The translations under genes were made by a program, and so were the position numbers. A stretch of 64,000 nt of DNA, taken from positions 44,843 through 108,842 of the forward strand of contig JBAZKW010000003.1 in NCBI GenBank assembly GCA_041650595.1, in the 5' to 3' direction. The notes under the pieces were generated by a model. It saw only the letters and a list, made by a program, of their open reading frames with translations. It did no database searches and was not told the DNA's origin. Below are positions 46,019 through 54,697 of this stretch, one piece after another (position 1 is the stretch's first letter; every line of letters begins with the position of its first letter). The stretch is from Candidatus Margulisiibacteriota bacterium. GTDB lineage: Bacteria; Margulisbacteria; WOR-1; JAKLHX01.

Positions 46019-46047
46019 GTAGGGGTGGGTTTGAAACCCACCCCTAC
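46019..46047. repeat. Palindrome family G (GTAGGGGTGGGTTTGAAACCCACCCCTAC)
   Basis: 12-bp perfect stem downstream of gdhA. It may double as a terminator. Confidence 0.85.
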
Positions 46048-46085
46048 GTCATTATTCAACCGTAAAACAGTGTTAATATTGATAT

Positions 46086-47678
46086 ATGCACGATATTATC
46101 GAAAAGATCCTGCCCTCCGTCTCAAAACCGGGACGATATATAGGCAATGAACTGAACTCTGTCCACAAACCACATAAAGACAAGCTAAAGTTTGCCCTCG
46201 CTTATCCGGATACTTACGAAATTGGGATGTCGAACCTTGGACTTCAGATCCTTTACCATATTTTGAACCAAAGACCGGATATTGTCGCCGAGCGTTTTTA
46301 CGCTCCATGGCCTGACATGGAAGAAAAGATGAAAGAAAATAATATTCCATTATTTTCTCTGGAGAGCTGGACTCCTATAAAAACTTTTGACATAGTCGGA
46401 TTTTCGATACAGAACGAACTTACATACACAAATGTTTTGAACATGCTTCAGGTTGCAGGATTGCCCCTGATGCGAAAAGACAGGAACAACTCACATCCGC
46501 TCATAATCGCCGGCGGCGCATGCACTAATAATCCGGAGCCCCTATCCGATTTTATCGACGCGTTTGTTATAGGGGACGGAGAAGAGGTCATATTGGAAAT
46601 TGTTGATACGTATAAACAATGGAAATCTGAAAATATTGTAGATGCCGATTGCAATCGGCATCTACGCAATCATTTATTGACCGCACTATCCAAAATTCCC
46701 GGCATATACGTCCCTGATTTTAATGAATTTAAAGATATAAAACGCCGCATTGTCAAAGACCTGAATTCGATAGATTATCCCGCCTCCCCTATCGTCCCGT
46801 TCATAGAGATCGTCCATGACAGGGCTACGATAGAAATAATGAGGGGATGTCCGCATCGATGTAAATTCTGCCAGGCAGGTACGGTCAACAAGCCCGTGCG
46901 TATGCTTAGCCCGGAAAAAGTGATAGGGCTTGCCAAGGAAACCATAAAAAACACAGGATTTGAGGAAGTGTCTCTTGTATCGCTCTCCAGCAGTGATTAT
47001 CCGTATCTATATGATGTGGCAATTGAACTTGGAAAAGTGTTTTCTCCAAAAAGGATATCCCTATCGCTGCCGTCACTGCGAGCCGACAATCTTAAGGAAG
47101 AAGTCGCCAAAGAAATGCTATCAGTACGCCAGTCGGGATTTACCATAGCACCTGAAGCCGGGACCCAAAGATTAAGGGATCACATATGTAAAGACCTGAC
47201 GGAAGAAAAGATAATAGACTCCGTAAAGACAGCGATAAAAAGCGGATCTAACCGGATAAAATTGTATTTTATGATCGGGCTTCCTACCGAGACCGATGAG
47301 GACATAAAAGGCATTGTTGATCTGGCATATCTTTTGATAAAAGAAGCTAAAGCAATAACTTCTCGCGCAAAGATAATCGTAAATGTTTCCACTTTTATCC
47401 CCAAAAAGAACACTCCTTTTGAAAATGAAAAGATGATCGGCCTTGACGAGATAAAAAGAAAACAAGATTATCTAAAAAACAACCTGCGGCACAAAAGTAT
47501 CGAATTAAAATGGCATGACAGCGGCATGAGTACGATCGAAGGACTACTCTCTATGGGAGGCAAGGAAGCAGGAAAAGTGCTGCTCAAAGCATTTGAATCC
47601 GGCTGCAGATTTGATAACTGGGCTGAATATTTTGACTACTCAAAATGGGAGAAAGCGATTGCAGAGAATACGGCTTAA
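46086..47678 (+). CDS. Radical SAM protein with a B12-binding-like N-terminal domain (TIGR03960-like)
   Basis: EIMRGCPHRCKFCQAG radical-SAM cluster motif. It is followed by its usual DUF2344-type partner. Confidence 0.8.
   Translation: MHDIIEKILPSVSKPGRYIGNELNSVHKPHKDKLKFALAYPDTYEIGMSNLGLQILYHILNQRPDIVAERFYAPWPDMEEKMKENNIPLFSLESWTPIKTFDIVGFSIQNELTYTNVLNMLQVAGLPLMRKDRNNSHPLIIAGGACTNNPEPLSDFIDAFVIGDGEEVILEIVDTYKQWKSENIVDADCNRHLRNHLLTALSKIPGIYVPDFNEFKDIKRRIVKDLNSIDYPASPIVPFIEIVHDRATIEIMRGCPHRCKFCQAGTVNKPVRMLSPEKVIGLAKETIKNTGFEEVSLVSLSSSDYPYLYDVAIELGKVFSPKRISLSLPSLRADNLKEEVAKEMLSVRQSGFTIAPEAGTQRLRDHICKDLTEEKIIDSVKTAIKSGSNRIKLYFMIGLPTETDEDIKGIVDLAYLLIKEAKAITSRAKIIVNVSTFIPKKNTPFENEKMIGLDEIKRKQDYLKNNLRHKSIELKWHDSGMSTIEGLLSMGGKEAGKVLLKAFESGCRFDNWAEYFDYSKWEKAIAENTA
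46638..46665. repeat. Palindrome family F, copy inside the radical SAM gene
   Basis: GTAGATGCCGATTGCAATCGGCATCTAC encodes VDADCNRHL. Confidence 0.9.
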
Positions 47679-48243
47679 ATATAAAAAAGAACTTAAATTC
47701 ATCGGCCATCTGGATATGGTGCGCCTGTGGGAGCGCACTCTGCGCCGTACGGACCTGCCGGCCGCATATTCCGAAGGATTTAATCCCCGGCAAAAGCTTT
47801 CGTTCGGACCGCCTCTCCCGCTCGGGCTCACTTCGGAATGCGAGTTCTTGGATATATTTCTTGAGAGATGGATGAACCCTGAACTTGTAAAAGAACAGCT
47901 TGCTTGTGTTTTGCCGCCCGGCATAGAAATAATCGAGGCAGGAAACATCTTTCTCGCCAGAACTTCTCTGACAGCGGAAATAAAAACAGCGGTATATTCG
48001 ATCGCAGTGTCTTATGATTTGCGTGGCAAGATATCCGAGATACTTGGCTCAAAAGAGATATTCGTAAAACGCAAGGAAAAAGATATCAATATCAGGCCGA
48101 TGATAAAAGATATCGCTCAGAACGGGAATGTGCTCAGCATCGCTGTTCAATGCGACAACTTCGGGACGTTGAAAGGCAGCGAAATCTCCGGCCTTTTTTC
48201 TCATATTCCCACAACTTCCTTCAGAAGGATTGCTTTATATTAG
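47659..48243 (+). CDS. Radical-SAM-linked protein (DUF2344/TIGR03936-like)
   Basis: KFIGHLDMVRLWERTLRRTDLP...SEGFNPRQKLSFGPPLPLG. Probable TTG start overlapping the upstream stop by 20 nt. The start is uncertain. Confidence 0.7.
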   Translation: MQRIRLKYKKELKFIGHLDMVRLWERTLRRTDLPAAYSEGFNPRQKLSFGPPLPLGLTSECEFLDIFLERWMNPELVKEQLACVLPPGIEIIEAGNIFLARTSLTAEIKTAVYSIAVSYDLRGKISEILGSKEIFVKRKEKDINIRPMIKDIAQNGNVLSIAVQCDNFGTLKGSEISGLFSHIPTTSFRRIALY

Positions 48244-49175
48244 CTGGGCCAATACACGCCACCTACACCTGTTCCAGGGTCTGCCGCAACAAAAAATTGT
48301 CCATCATGCCAACGTGCAAACTCTAAGTTCTCAAAACCGACCGGCTTGTTCTTACTAAAGACTGCATTATAAAGCATTGCACCCCATACATCGGCACCTG
48401 TAAGGACCGCATCGGAAAAAGTCGCATTTGATAGCTCGGCGTTCCTAAAGTCCACAGAAGATAATATTGAACCGTTAAAAAACGTATTTTTTGCCTTTGT
48501 TCGATAGAGTACCGCCCCTTTCAGATTTGCGTAAGTCAAAAAAGAATTTTCAAGATTTACTCCACTTAGATTAACACCGCTCAGATCAATTCCGGTTAGC
48601 TCCATCTCTGAAAGATCCAATCCGCTGAGGTTAAGCGGGATCCATCCCATCTGTTCCCTGCATCTATTAAAGCCTTCAATCTTGCTCTTCGTCTCTGTTT
48701 CGGAATACAAAGTGCTGACTGCCGCTTCAACCAAGCTCTGCATCGGCCCGTAGACACTTCTGTGCATCCCGCAGGCTCTAGCGCATAAGGCTCTGATCAT
48801 TTGTTCCGGAATTTCACTGATTTCACCATTACGTGCGTTATCTAATCCCGGTTCTCTGAAATGCATGTATAAATCTACTTTATCTCGAACAGGACTGCGA
48901 CCTTCTCTGTATTCCTGCTTCAGCTTTCCAATATTAAGTCTCAATCCTTCGTAAGAGTCAATCTTTATAGCACCCAGCTCTGCAGATCCAAACATACTTT
49001 CCATATCAAAACATCCTCTATTAAGCAGTGCTGTAAATACTTCATCCGGAAAAATCGTCATTGGATTTATCCCCGGTCTAAACATGGGATTTCCTCTCGA
49101 TCCTGAAACAGTAAGAGGCTCATTGACTCTTAGTGTTCTTCCTCTAAAAACCATTCCCGTACTTTGAACGTTCAT
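48240..49175 (-). CDS. Pentapeptide-repeat protein with an unknown N-terminal domain
   Basis: The C-terminal ~110 aa are A(D/N)LXX repeats (LSGLDLSEMELTGIDLSGVNLSGVNLENSFLTYANLKGAVL...). The N-terminal ~190 aa are unassigned. Confidence 0.7.
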   Translation of the reverse strand: MNVQSTGMVFRGRTLRVNEPLTVSGSRGNPMFRPGINPMTIFPDEVFTALLNRGCFDMESMFGSAELGAIKIDSYEGLRLNIGKLKQEYREGRSPVRDKVDLYMHFREPGLDNARNGEISEIPEQMIRALCARACGMHRSVYGPMQSLVEAAVSTLYSETETKSKIEGFNRCREQMGWIPLNLSGLDLSEMELTGIDLSGVNLSGVNLENSFLTYANLKGAVLYRTKAKNTFFNGSILSSVDFRNAELSNATFSDAVLTGADVWGAMLYNAVFSKNKPVGFENLEFARWHDGQFFVAADPGTGVGGVYWPS

Positions 49176-49879
49176 TTTCTTTCTCCTTTCAATATTCTCT
49201 CTCCTTTAAATAATTCCTGTATAACGGCCTCTCTTATCACAGAAAGATCTATCATCGCCTGCAGCTGATCGGTCAAGCGGCTTTTTCTTTCATGCGCTAT
49301 CTCAAGCACAGCAGACAAAAGGTCTTGGAATTCATGAATTATATTCAGATTTTTTTGTGTTGCGTGATTAAAATAGAAATGCTGCCAGGGTTCCGGAGAT
49401 TCAAACATAACTGTTCTCCCATTCCGTATCCCAAGGAAACCGAGTCCCCACTTATACACTGCCACACAATCTTCGGGAGTAATTTCATAATAGATTTCCC
49501 CGCCCTCTCCCGAATTATCCGACCGTAATTTTGCACCTGCCCCAAAATATTCGGTATCAAATATGGGTCCCCATAATAATTCTATGCCCGGAAATAATTG
49601 CATTCCTTCATCCTTTAGTGAAAAAACAGCTTTTGCTTGAATTTCGTGCAGAATTTTCTGGCTCGCCGCAAATTCCTTTCCTGACGAAGAGTTCAGGTAG
49701 AGGTATTCTCCTGTGTTCCTTATTTCCGATAACTGTGCCCCAAACCTGGTTGCAACATCAATAATCTTTTGTTTTCTTTCAATAGGACGAAGGAAATCAG
49801 TTCTCTGTTCCGCCCTGAATGCGGCGTATTTTCCACTGTGTATTGCGTCAACCATGCGGCATAACATTTGTCCGATCAT
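49172..49879 (-). CDS. Hypothetical protein coupled to the pentapeptide-repeat gene
   Basis: 235-aa ORF with a 4-nt ATGA overlap with the downstream gene. No recognisable domain. Confidence 0.6.
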   Translation of the reverse strand: MIGQMLCRMVDAIHSGKYAAFRAEQRTDFLRPIERKQKIIDVATRFGAQLSEIRNTGEYLYLNSSSGKEFAASQKILHEIQAKAVFSLKDEGMQLFPGIELLWGPIFDTEYFGAGAKLRSDNSGEGGEIYYEITPEDCVAVYKWGLGFLGIRNGRTVMFESPEPWQHFYFNHATQKNLNIIHEFQDLLSAVLEIAHERKSRLTDQLQAMIDLSVIREAVIQELFKGERILKGERK

Positions 49880-50172
49880 TTTTTTCTCCTTTCAAAAATT
49901 CTGCTATCTACCGATACTAAGCAAGTTCTGCTGTGATACTCTTGGCTTCCCTTCCCTTTCCTTTCCCTTCTCTGCTCTATATATCTATCTGCACAATTTT
50001 GGCTTTATTTCATAGCTGTGTAAATACTGAGACAACAAACTCGCTTTTTTTGCTTTTGTTCCGCCATTTATATACACAAACGCCTCGTTCTACGCTGTAA
50101 ATTTTACTAATCAATTTTGTAAATATATGAAATTTCTTCCGAGTTTTGTCGATAATTAATTAGGTGAAATAG

Positions 50173-51189
50173 TTGGTAAAACGAAAGAAATTGATCACGA
50201 TCAAAGATATCGCAAAGGAAGCCAAAGTTTCCGCTTCCACTGTTTGTTTTGCGTTAAATGAACCTGACAGGGTCGCGACAAACACAAGACGGCATGTTCT
50301 GCGTATCGCGCGAGAATCCGGATATACAAGGGTCCGGAAGCTCGTTGAAAAAGGAGCCATCGGCCTTATTTCGGACGATTATTACAATCTGATATTCGGT
50401 GAATTTTACAATGCTGTCGCTTTCGGTATCCTAGAAGAGTTAAAGAAAAGACATATCAAGGTGCTGATCGAATCGACCGGCAAGGATCCAGAATATTTTC
50501 CCAAAATGATCACAAAAAACCTTGTCGACGGTGTGCTATTCCTCGGAAAGTGTTCAAGGGATTTGATCTATATCGCCCAACAAAAAGGGATCCCAACAGT
50601 GCTGGTCGGCCATCCTCTCCCTGAAACAGAAATTCCTGCTGTCGTATCGGATGGAAGATCAGGTGCCTTTCAAGCGGTCAACCATCTTATTGAACTGGGA
50701 CATAAGAAAATCGCGATCATGACAGGGGAACCATTATTTGACCCGATAACATCCGAAAGACTCGACGGTTATAGGTTTGCCCTTCAAAAAGCCGGTCTTG
50801 AAGAAAGAAAAGAATATATAATACAAGCAGATTACGGTAAGCCAAAGACCGCGATCGACGCAACCAATGAGCTGCTTTCTTTACCGGATCCGCCAACCGC
50901 GATCTTTTGCACAAGTGATTCTCTTGCCTATCGCACTTATCAGGCAATAAAAGCCAATGGGTTGTCTATTCCAAAAGATATCTCAGTAGTAGGATTTGAC
51001 GATATTACCGCGCCCGAGTATGCCGCACTCCCGGAACCTGAGCTTACGACAATTAATGTTGACAGGAGACAGATGGGTATTAGCAGCGTTGAGATATTAT
51101 TCGATCTAATCCAGAACAAATCTAAAGCTATAACAAGATATTCGATACCAGTAAGTCTTGCAATAAAAAACTCTACCTGCCAGATTTAA
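50173..51189 (+). CDS. LacI-family transcriptional regulator
   Basis: N-terminal HTH (ITIKDIAKEAKVSASTVCFALN) and a periplasmic-binding-protein-like sugar domain. Confidence 0.85.
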   Translation: MVKRKKLITIKDIAKEAKVSASTVCFALNEPDRVATNTRRHVLRIARESGYTRVRKLVEKGAIGLISDDYYNLIFGEFYNAVAFGILEELKKRHIKVLIESTGKDPEYFPKMITKNLVDGVLFLGKCSRDLIYIAQQKGIPTVLVGHPLPETEIPAVVSDGRSGAFQAVNHLIELGHKKIAIMTGEPLFDPITSERLDGYRFALQKAGLEERKEYIIQADYGKPKTAIDATNELLSLPDPPTAIFCTSDSLAYRTYQAIKANGLSIPKDISVVGFDDITAPEYAALPEPELTTINVDRRQMGISSVEILFDLIQNKSKAITRYSIPVSLAIKNSTCQI

Positions 51190-51523
51190 GAAGCTCTTCA
51201 AAGGCCCATTGTCCTCCGCGCTGCTCAGCGACCGTTATCATCTGTCCGCTAAAAACCGTTTTTGGTCTGAGGAGCAGAACGACAATATCCGCAAAACTTA
51301 GACCACTACGGGTCTCTTTTACAGGATCTGATACGGCAACTGTCAAATCGAAAAGCCCTGTCAGCACAGGCACCCTAGCAACAGCTGATCGCTTTGGAGG
51401 ATCACCAAAGAAGTTGCGCTGCCCAGCTCTTGAATTATTATGTCTTGCAAAAACATCAGGACGGAACGCTTTTCTTGCCAAAACATTGCAATCTATCAAT
51501 CGGGTGCGGTTAGTGCCCATCAT
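51173..51523 (-). CDS. Hypothetical protein (weak call)
   Basis: 116-aa ORF overlapping the GT2 stop by 14 nt. The region has no other coding candidate and no domain was recognised. Confidence 0.3.
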   Translation of the reverse strand: MMGTNRTRLIDCNVLARKAFRPDVFARHNNSRAGQRNFFGDPPKRSAVARVPVLTGLFDLTVAVSDPVKETRSGLSFADIVVLLLRPKTVFSGQMITVAEQRGGQWAFEELLKSGR

Positions 51524-52346
51524 GAGAATATTTCTCCCCCCAGTGCATCCATCTGACCCGCAAAACGTCCATAAACATATTGATGGGAGCGGTCAGAGGA
51601 TTAACTTTTGATCTCGGACAATCGAGCCAAGTGACCGGGAATTCTGCAACTTTTAAACCGAATTTGCTTGCTAGATATAAAAGCTCTACGTCAAAGGCAA
51701 ACCTGTCCATTTTTTGCCTGCTGAATATCATATCGGCAGCATCAGCGGAGAATAGTTTAAACCCGCACTGCGTATCTTCATAATTAATCCCGGCCAGCCA
51801 TTTGACGCAAAAATTGAAAGTCCTGCCCATCTGTTCTCTATACCAAGGCTGGCGTACGGCGATATTTGCTCCTTCTATGTTCCTGGAACCTATCACAATA
51901 TCAAAACCTTCATCGAGAGCGGACATCAAAAATTCAAGGTGCCTTATATGGGTTGAGCCGTCCGCGTCCATAAAAAGCCGGAGATCCCCTCTTGACGCAA
52001 GCATTCCCTGCTTAACTGAAAAACCTTTTCCTAAATTTTGTCTTTCGGGAGTTAGCATGAGATTGTTGAATTGCCCCTGCAATTTACCAACGACTGCTCT
52101 GGTGTCGTCTTGGCTTCCGTCATCCACAACGATCAACTCAAATTTCGGATATTTTTGCGGCATAAACTTATAAATATCCTCAATTGTCAGGCCAATTCTG
52201 TCAGACTCGTTAAGTGCCGGGATCACTATTGAATGCGAAATTTTTCTTCTTGCATCGGCCATTCTCACTAGCCTGCTCCAGTCAAGAGCAAGATGTTTTG
52301 CAAGGCGGGTATCACTTTTCCACGCATTTGATTTTCTGATCAGCAT
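51510..52346 (-). CDS. Family 2 glycosyltransferase (polyprenyl-phosphate glycosyltransferase-like)
   Basis: VIPALNE...VVDDGSQDDT...DADG motifs. Confidence 0.85.
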   Translation of the reverse strand: MLIRKSNAWKSDTRLAKHLALDWSRLVRMADARRKISHSIVIPALNESDRIGLTIEDIYKFMPQKYPKFELIVVDDGSQDDTRAVVGKLQGQFNNLMLTPERQNLGKGFSVKQGMLASRGDLRLFMDADGSTHIRHLEFLMSALDEGFDIVIGSRNIEGANIAVRQPWYREQMGRTFNFCVKWLAGINYEDTQCGFKLFSADAADMIFSRQKMDRFAFDVELLYLASKFGLKVAEFPVTWLDCPRSKVNPLTAPINMFMDVLRVRWMHWGEKYSHDGH

Positions 52347-52484
52347 AAGATTTCCCTCAAAGCCGACATTATCTCTGTCCTTGTCAAAACGGTCATAGAG
52401 ACCTCCTTGTGAGCCAACTGTTCATTTATATATCGCTATATTTTGAGTGGGATTTCAAGAAAAAACAGCCGATATATATTTGAA

Positions 52485-54623
52485 ATGACAACATTACAGG
52501 CCGCAGCAAAGACCGGACGGGTTTTTATGCCCCTTCTTTCTATCCCCCAGCTAAGGTCCGGCTTAGTTAGAGATTTTGGCTGCGGAAATCTCACCGCTTT
52601 TCGAAACATGGTGCGTATCACAACGCAGGCCGGGATCAGAGCGCTTTGTATGGCTCCTGTTAATGAGACAGAACCGCATCTTGCCAGCCATTTCAGCAGG
52701 TCCAGCAATAATGCTCTCAGCCACAGGATAATCGCACTGAATGAAGTCCCGGAAATCGCACACACCCCTAAGATCAAAGAACGTCTGGACTGGACCTTAG
52801 ATCTGCACTCATCAACAGTTGCCGGCGAGAAAATGAATATCCCACGAGTTGAAATGGAACATCCTGCTTTTCTTATGCAAGCTTATGATGTTTTCCTTGA
52901 GAGTTCAAAACGATCCGAAAGAAGAAAAGACATGGAAGCATTCTGTGAAGAGCAAGGCTGGTGGTTAAAGCCTTATTCCGCATTCAATGTCATGAAAAGC
53001 TTTTTTTATCCAATCCCTATGGAAAAATGGGATATCTCATACGCAGATTTATCCAGTAGCAAGTCAAAATCTCTCTTTGGAAAAATACAGGCAAAGTATC
53101 TAAGAGGCTTCTTTGAGTATTCCCAGTTTGAGATCCACCGCCAGCTTGCAGATTCTCTTAAATATGCACATGATATGGGTATAGAAGAAATTGAGCTTTT
53201 AATGGGAGTCGGGGTTTCTCGGATAAGTGCCGAAGCGTTTTTGATGGGAGATATTTATGACAGGTTCCGTCAGATCGGTTGCCTGCCAGAACCCGAAAAC
53301 GGCTATCCGTTACAGTTGTGGGGATTCCCTGCGGAGAGATCCAACAATCCTGCTGCTCTTGAATTTAAAGTGAGAAGTTTGCGGCACATGCAGCAGTTGG
53401 GTTTTGACAGGATCTCTCTCGATCATGCGGCTGGCCTTTTAGGCGGGTACTTCACATTTCCAGTATATGATGCGGATAGTATTTCTTCAGGAGAATTCAG
53501 ATTACTAAGAGCAAATATTCTCGACAATGAAAAACAGGCCTTGCAAGGCTGCAAATGGGATTGTGACGGAATGGATCCGAACGATCATGCTTACAGGACT
53601 CTATTTTCCATACTTGAACAAGTCCCCGGGATGCGGCTTTCCGCAGAAACTGTTGGTGATAAAACAAGAAGAAAAGCCGCTGAGGAAGCAATAAGACAAG
53701 CGATAGAAAAAGGATATGACATCACTCTTATGGAACCTCTTCCATGGTGGAATAATGAAACAACTCCGACCTTGAACCATTATTCATCTCAGGACAGATT
53801 AAGTCTTACACATGATATGCCAGCGCTTACTGCACTTTTGACAGGACGCGTTGGAAATCATGAATATCCGTGGATCAACGGCGAATCCGTATCGGGTCTT
53901 CTGCAGCGTTTTGGTGTACTATCACCACAAGTAACAAAACCCCTTGATATTTCCGAGCTGACACCGGAATTTATGTATGAATTAATGAAAAGGATCATTT
54001 GCGGATCAAGCGCCGGAACTGTGAGCATTCCGCTAACTACACTGCTTACTATGAAAATAGAATTCCTTGATGGCGGCAAATGGATGTGTATCAATATACA
54101 ACCGGGAACTGAAGGAGTAGTGAATGAATTAGAAAATTATGTAGGAAACTTTCTGCAAAGAATGCCTGCAATAGAGAACCTGCGGGGCATGGAACCGCAG
54201 ATAGGTGTTTTAGCGGCAAGAGAGTCTGAATATTGCTACCCTCCTTTTGATATATATCCCGCAAAACCTGTTGACGGATTTAGTTGTCAGGCGCGGAGAG
54301 CCGGCAGCTCTGTTGCTTATCAGGCCAAGGACGGCAAATGGACAGTTTGGACTCCGCCGCGCGGCCTATATCCGTGGGCGGAAATTTCTTTCGCCTACAG
54401 CGGAGGTGTCTTTGGTCCATATGAAGACAAGACGTGGGCTACTTACAAACTAAATCGTTTCGATTTGGACAGTTCAACAAGATATTGGTTATTTGATCTT
54501 TTAGGAAATGGTCAGGATATTTCAGCTTTTGGATGGGAATTAAAGGGAAACGGTATTTCTATAGGATTAAATCCCACCTGCAACAGACATCATTTCATCT
54601 TGACTTACGCGGACAAACAATAA
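52485..54623 (+). CDS. Divergent 4-alpha-glucanotransferase (GH77)-like protein
   Basis: GYPLQLWGFPA and FDRISLDHAAGLLGGYFTFP resemble GH77 catalytic blocks. It has a long unassigned C-terminus and the start is uncertain. Confidence 0.55.
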   Translation: MTTLQAAAKTGRVFMPLLSIPQLRSGLVRDFGCGNLTAFRNMVRITTQAGIRALCMAPVNETEPHLASHFSRSSNNALSHRIIALNEVPEIAHTPKIKERLDWTLDLHSSTVAGEKMNIPRVEMEHPAFLMQAYDVFLESSKRSERRKDMEAFCEEQGWWLKPYSAFNVMKSFFYPIPMEKWDISYADLSSSKSKSLFGKIQAKYLRGFFEYSQFEIHRQLADSLKYAHDMGIEEIELLMGVGVSRISAEAFLMGDIYDRFRQIGCLPEPENGYPLQLWGFPAERSNNPAALEFKVRSLRHMQQLGFDRISLDHAAGLLGGYFTFPVYDADSISSGEFRLLRANILDNEKQALQGCKWDCDGMDPNDHAYRTLFSILEQVPGMRLSAETVGDKTRRKAAEEAIRQAIEKGYDITLMEPLPWWNNETTPTLNHYSSQDRLSLTHDMPALTALLTGRVGNHEYPWINGESVSGLLQRFGVLSPQVTKPLDISELTPEFMYELMKRIICGSSAGTVSIPLTTLLTMKIEFLDGGKWMCINIQPGTEGVVNELENYVGNFLQRMPAIENLRGMEPQIGVLAARESEYCYPPFDIYPAKPVDGFSCQARRAGSSVAYQAKDGKWTVWTPPRGLYPWAEISFAYSGGVFGPYEDKTWATYKLNRFDLDSSTRYWLFDLLGNGQDISAFGWELKGNGISIGLNPTCNRHHFILTYADKQ

Positions 54624-54627
54624 AACA

Positions 54628-54660
54628 AAACCGCGGGCAACATTGCCCGCGGTTTATTTT
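54628..54660. terminator. Bidirectional intrinsic terminator
   Basis: AAACCGCGGGCA-ACAT-TGCCCGCGGTTT flanked by A and T tracts, between the convergent GH77-like and glnN genes. Confidence 0.8.
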
Positions 54661-54697
54661 CCTTTCAAATTTGAGCTTACAGCCGGGTCAGTGCTCT

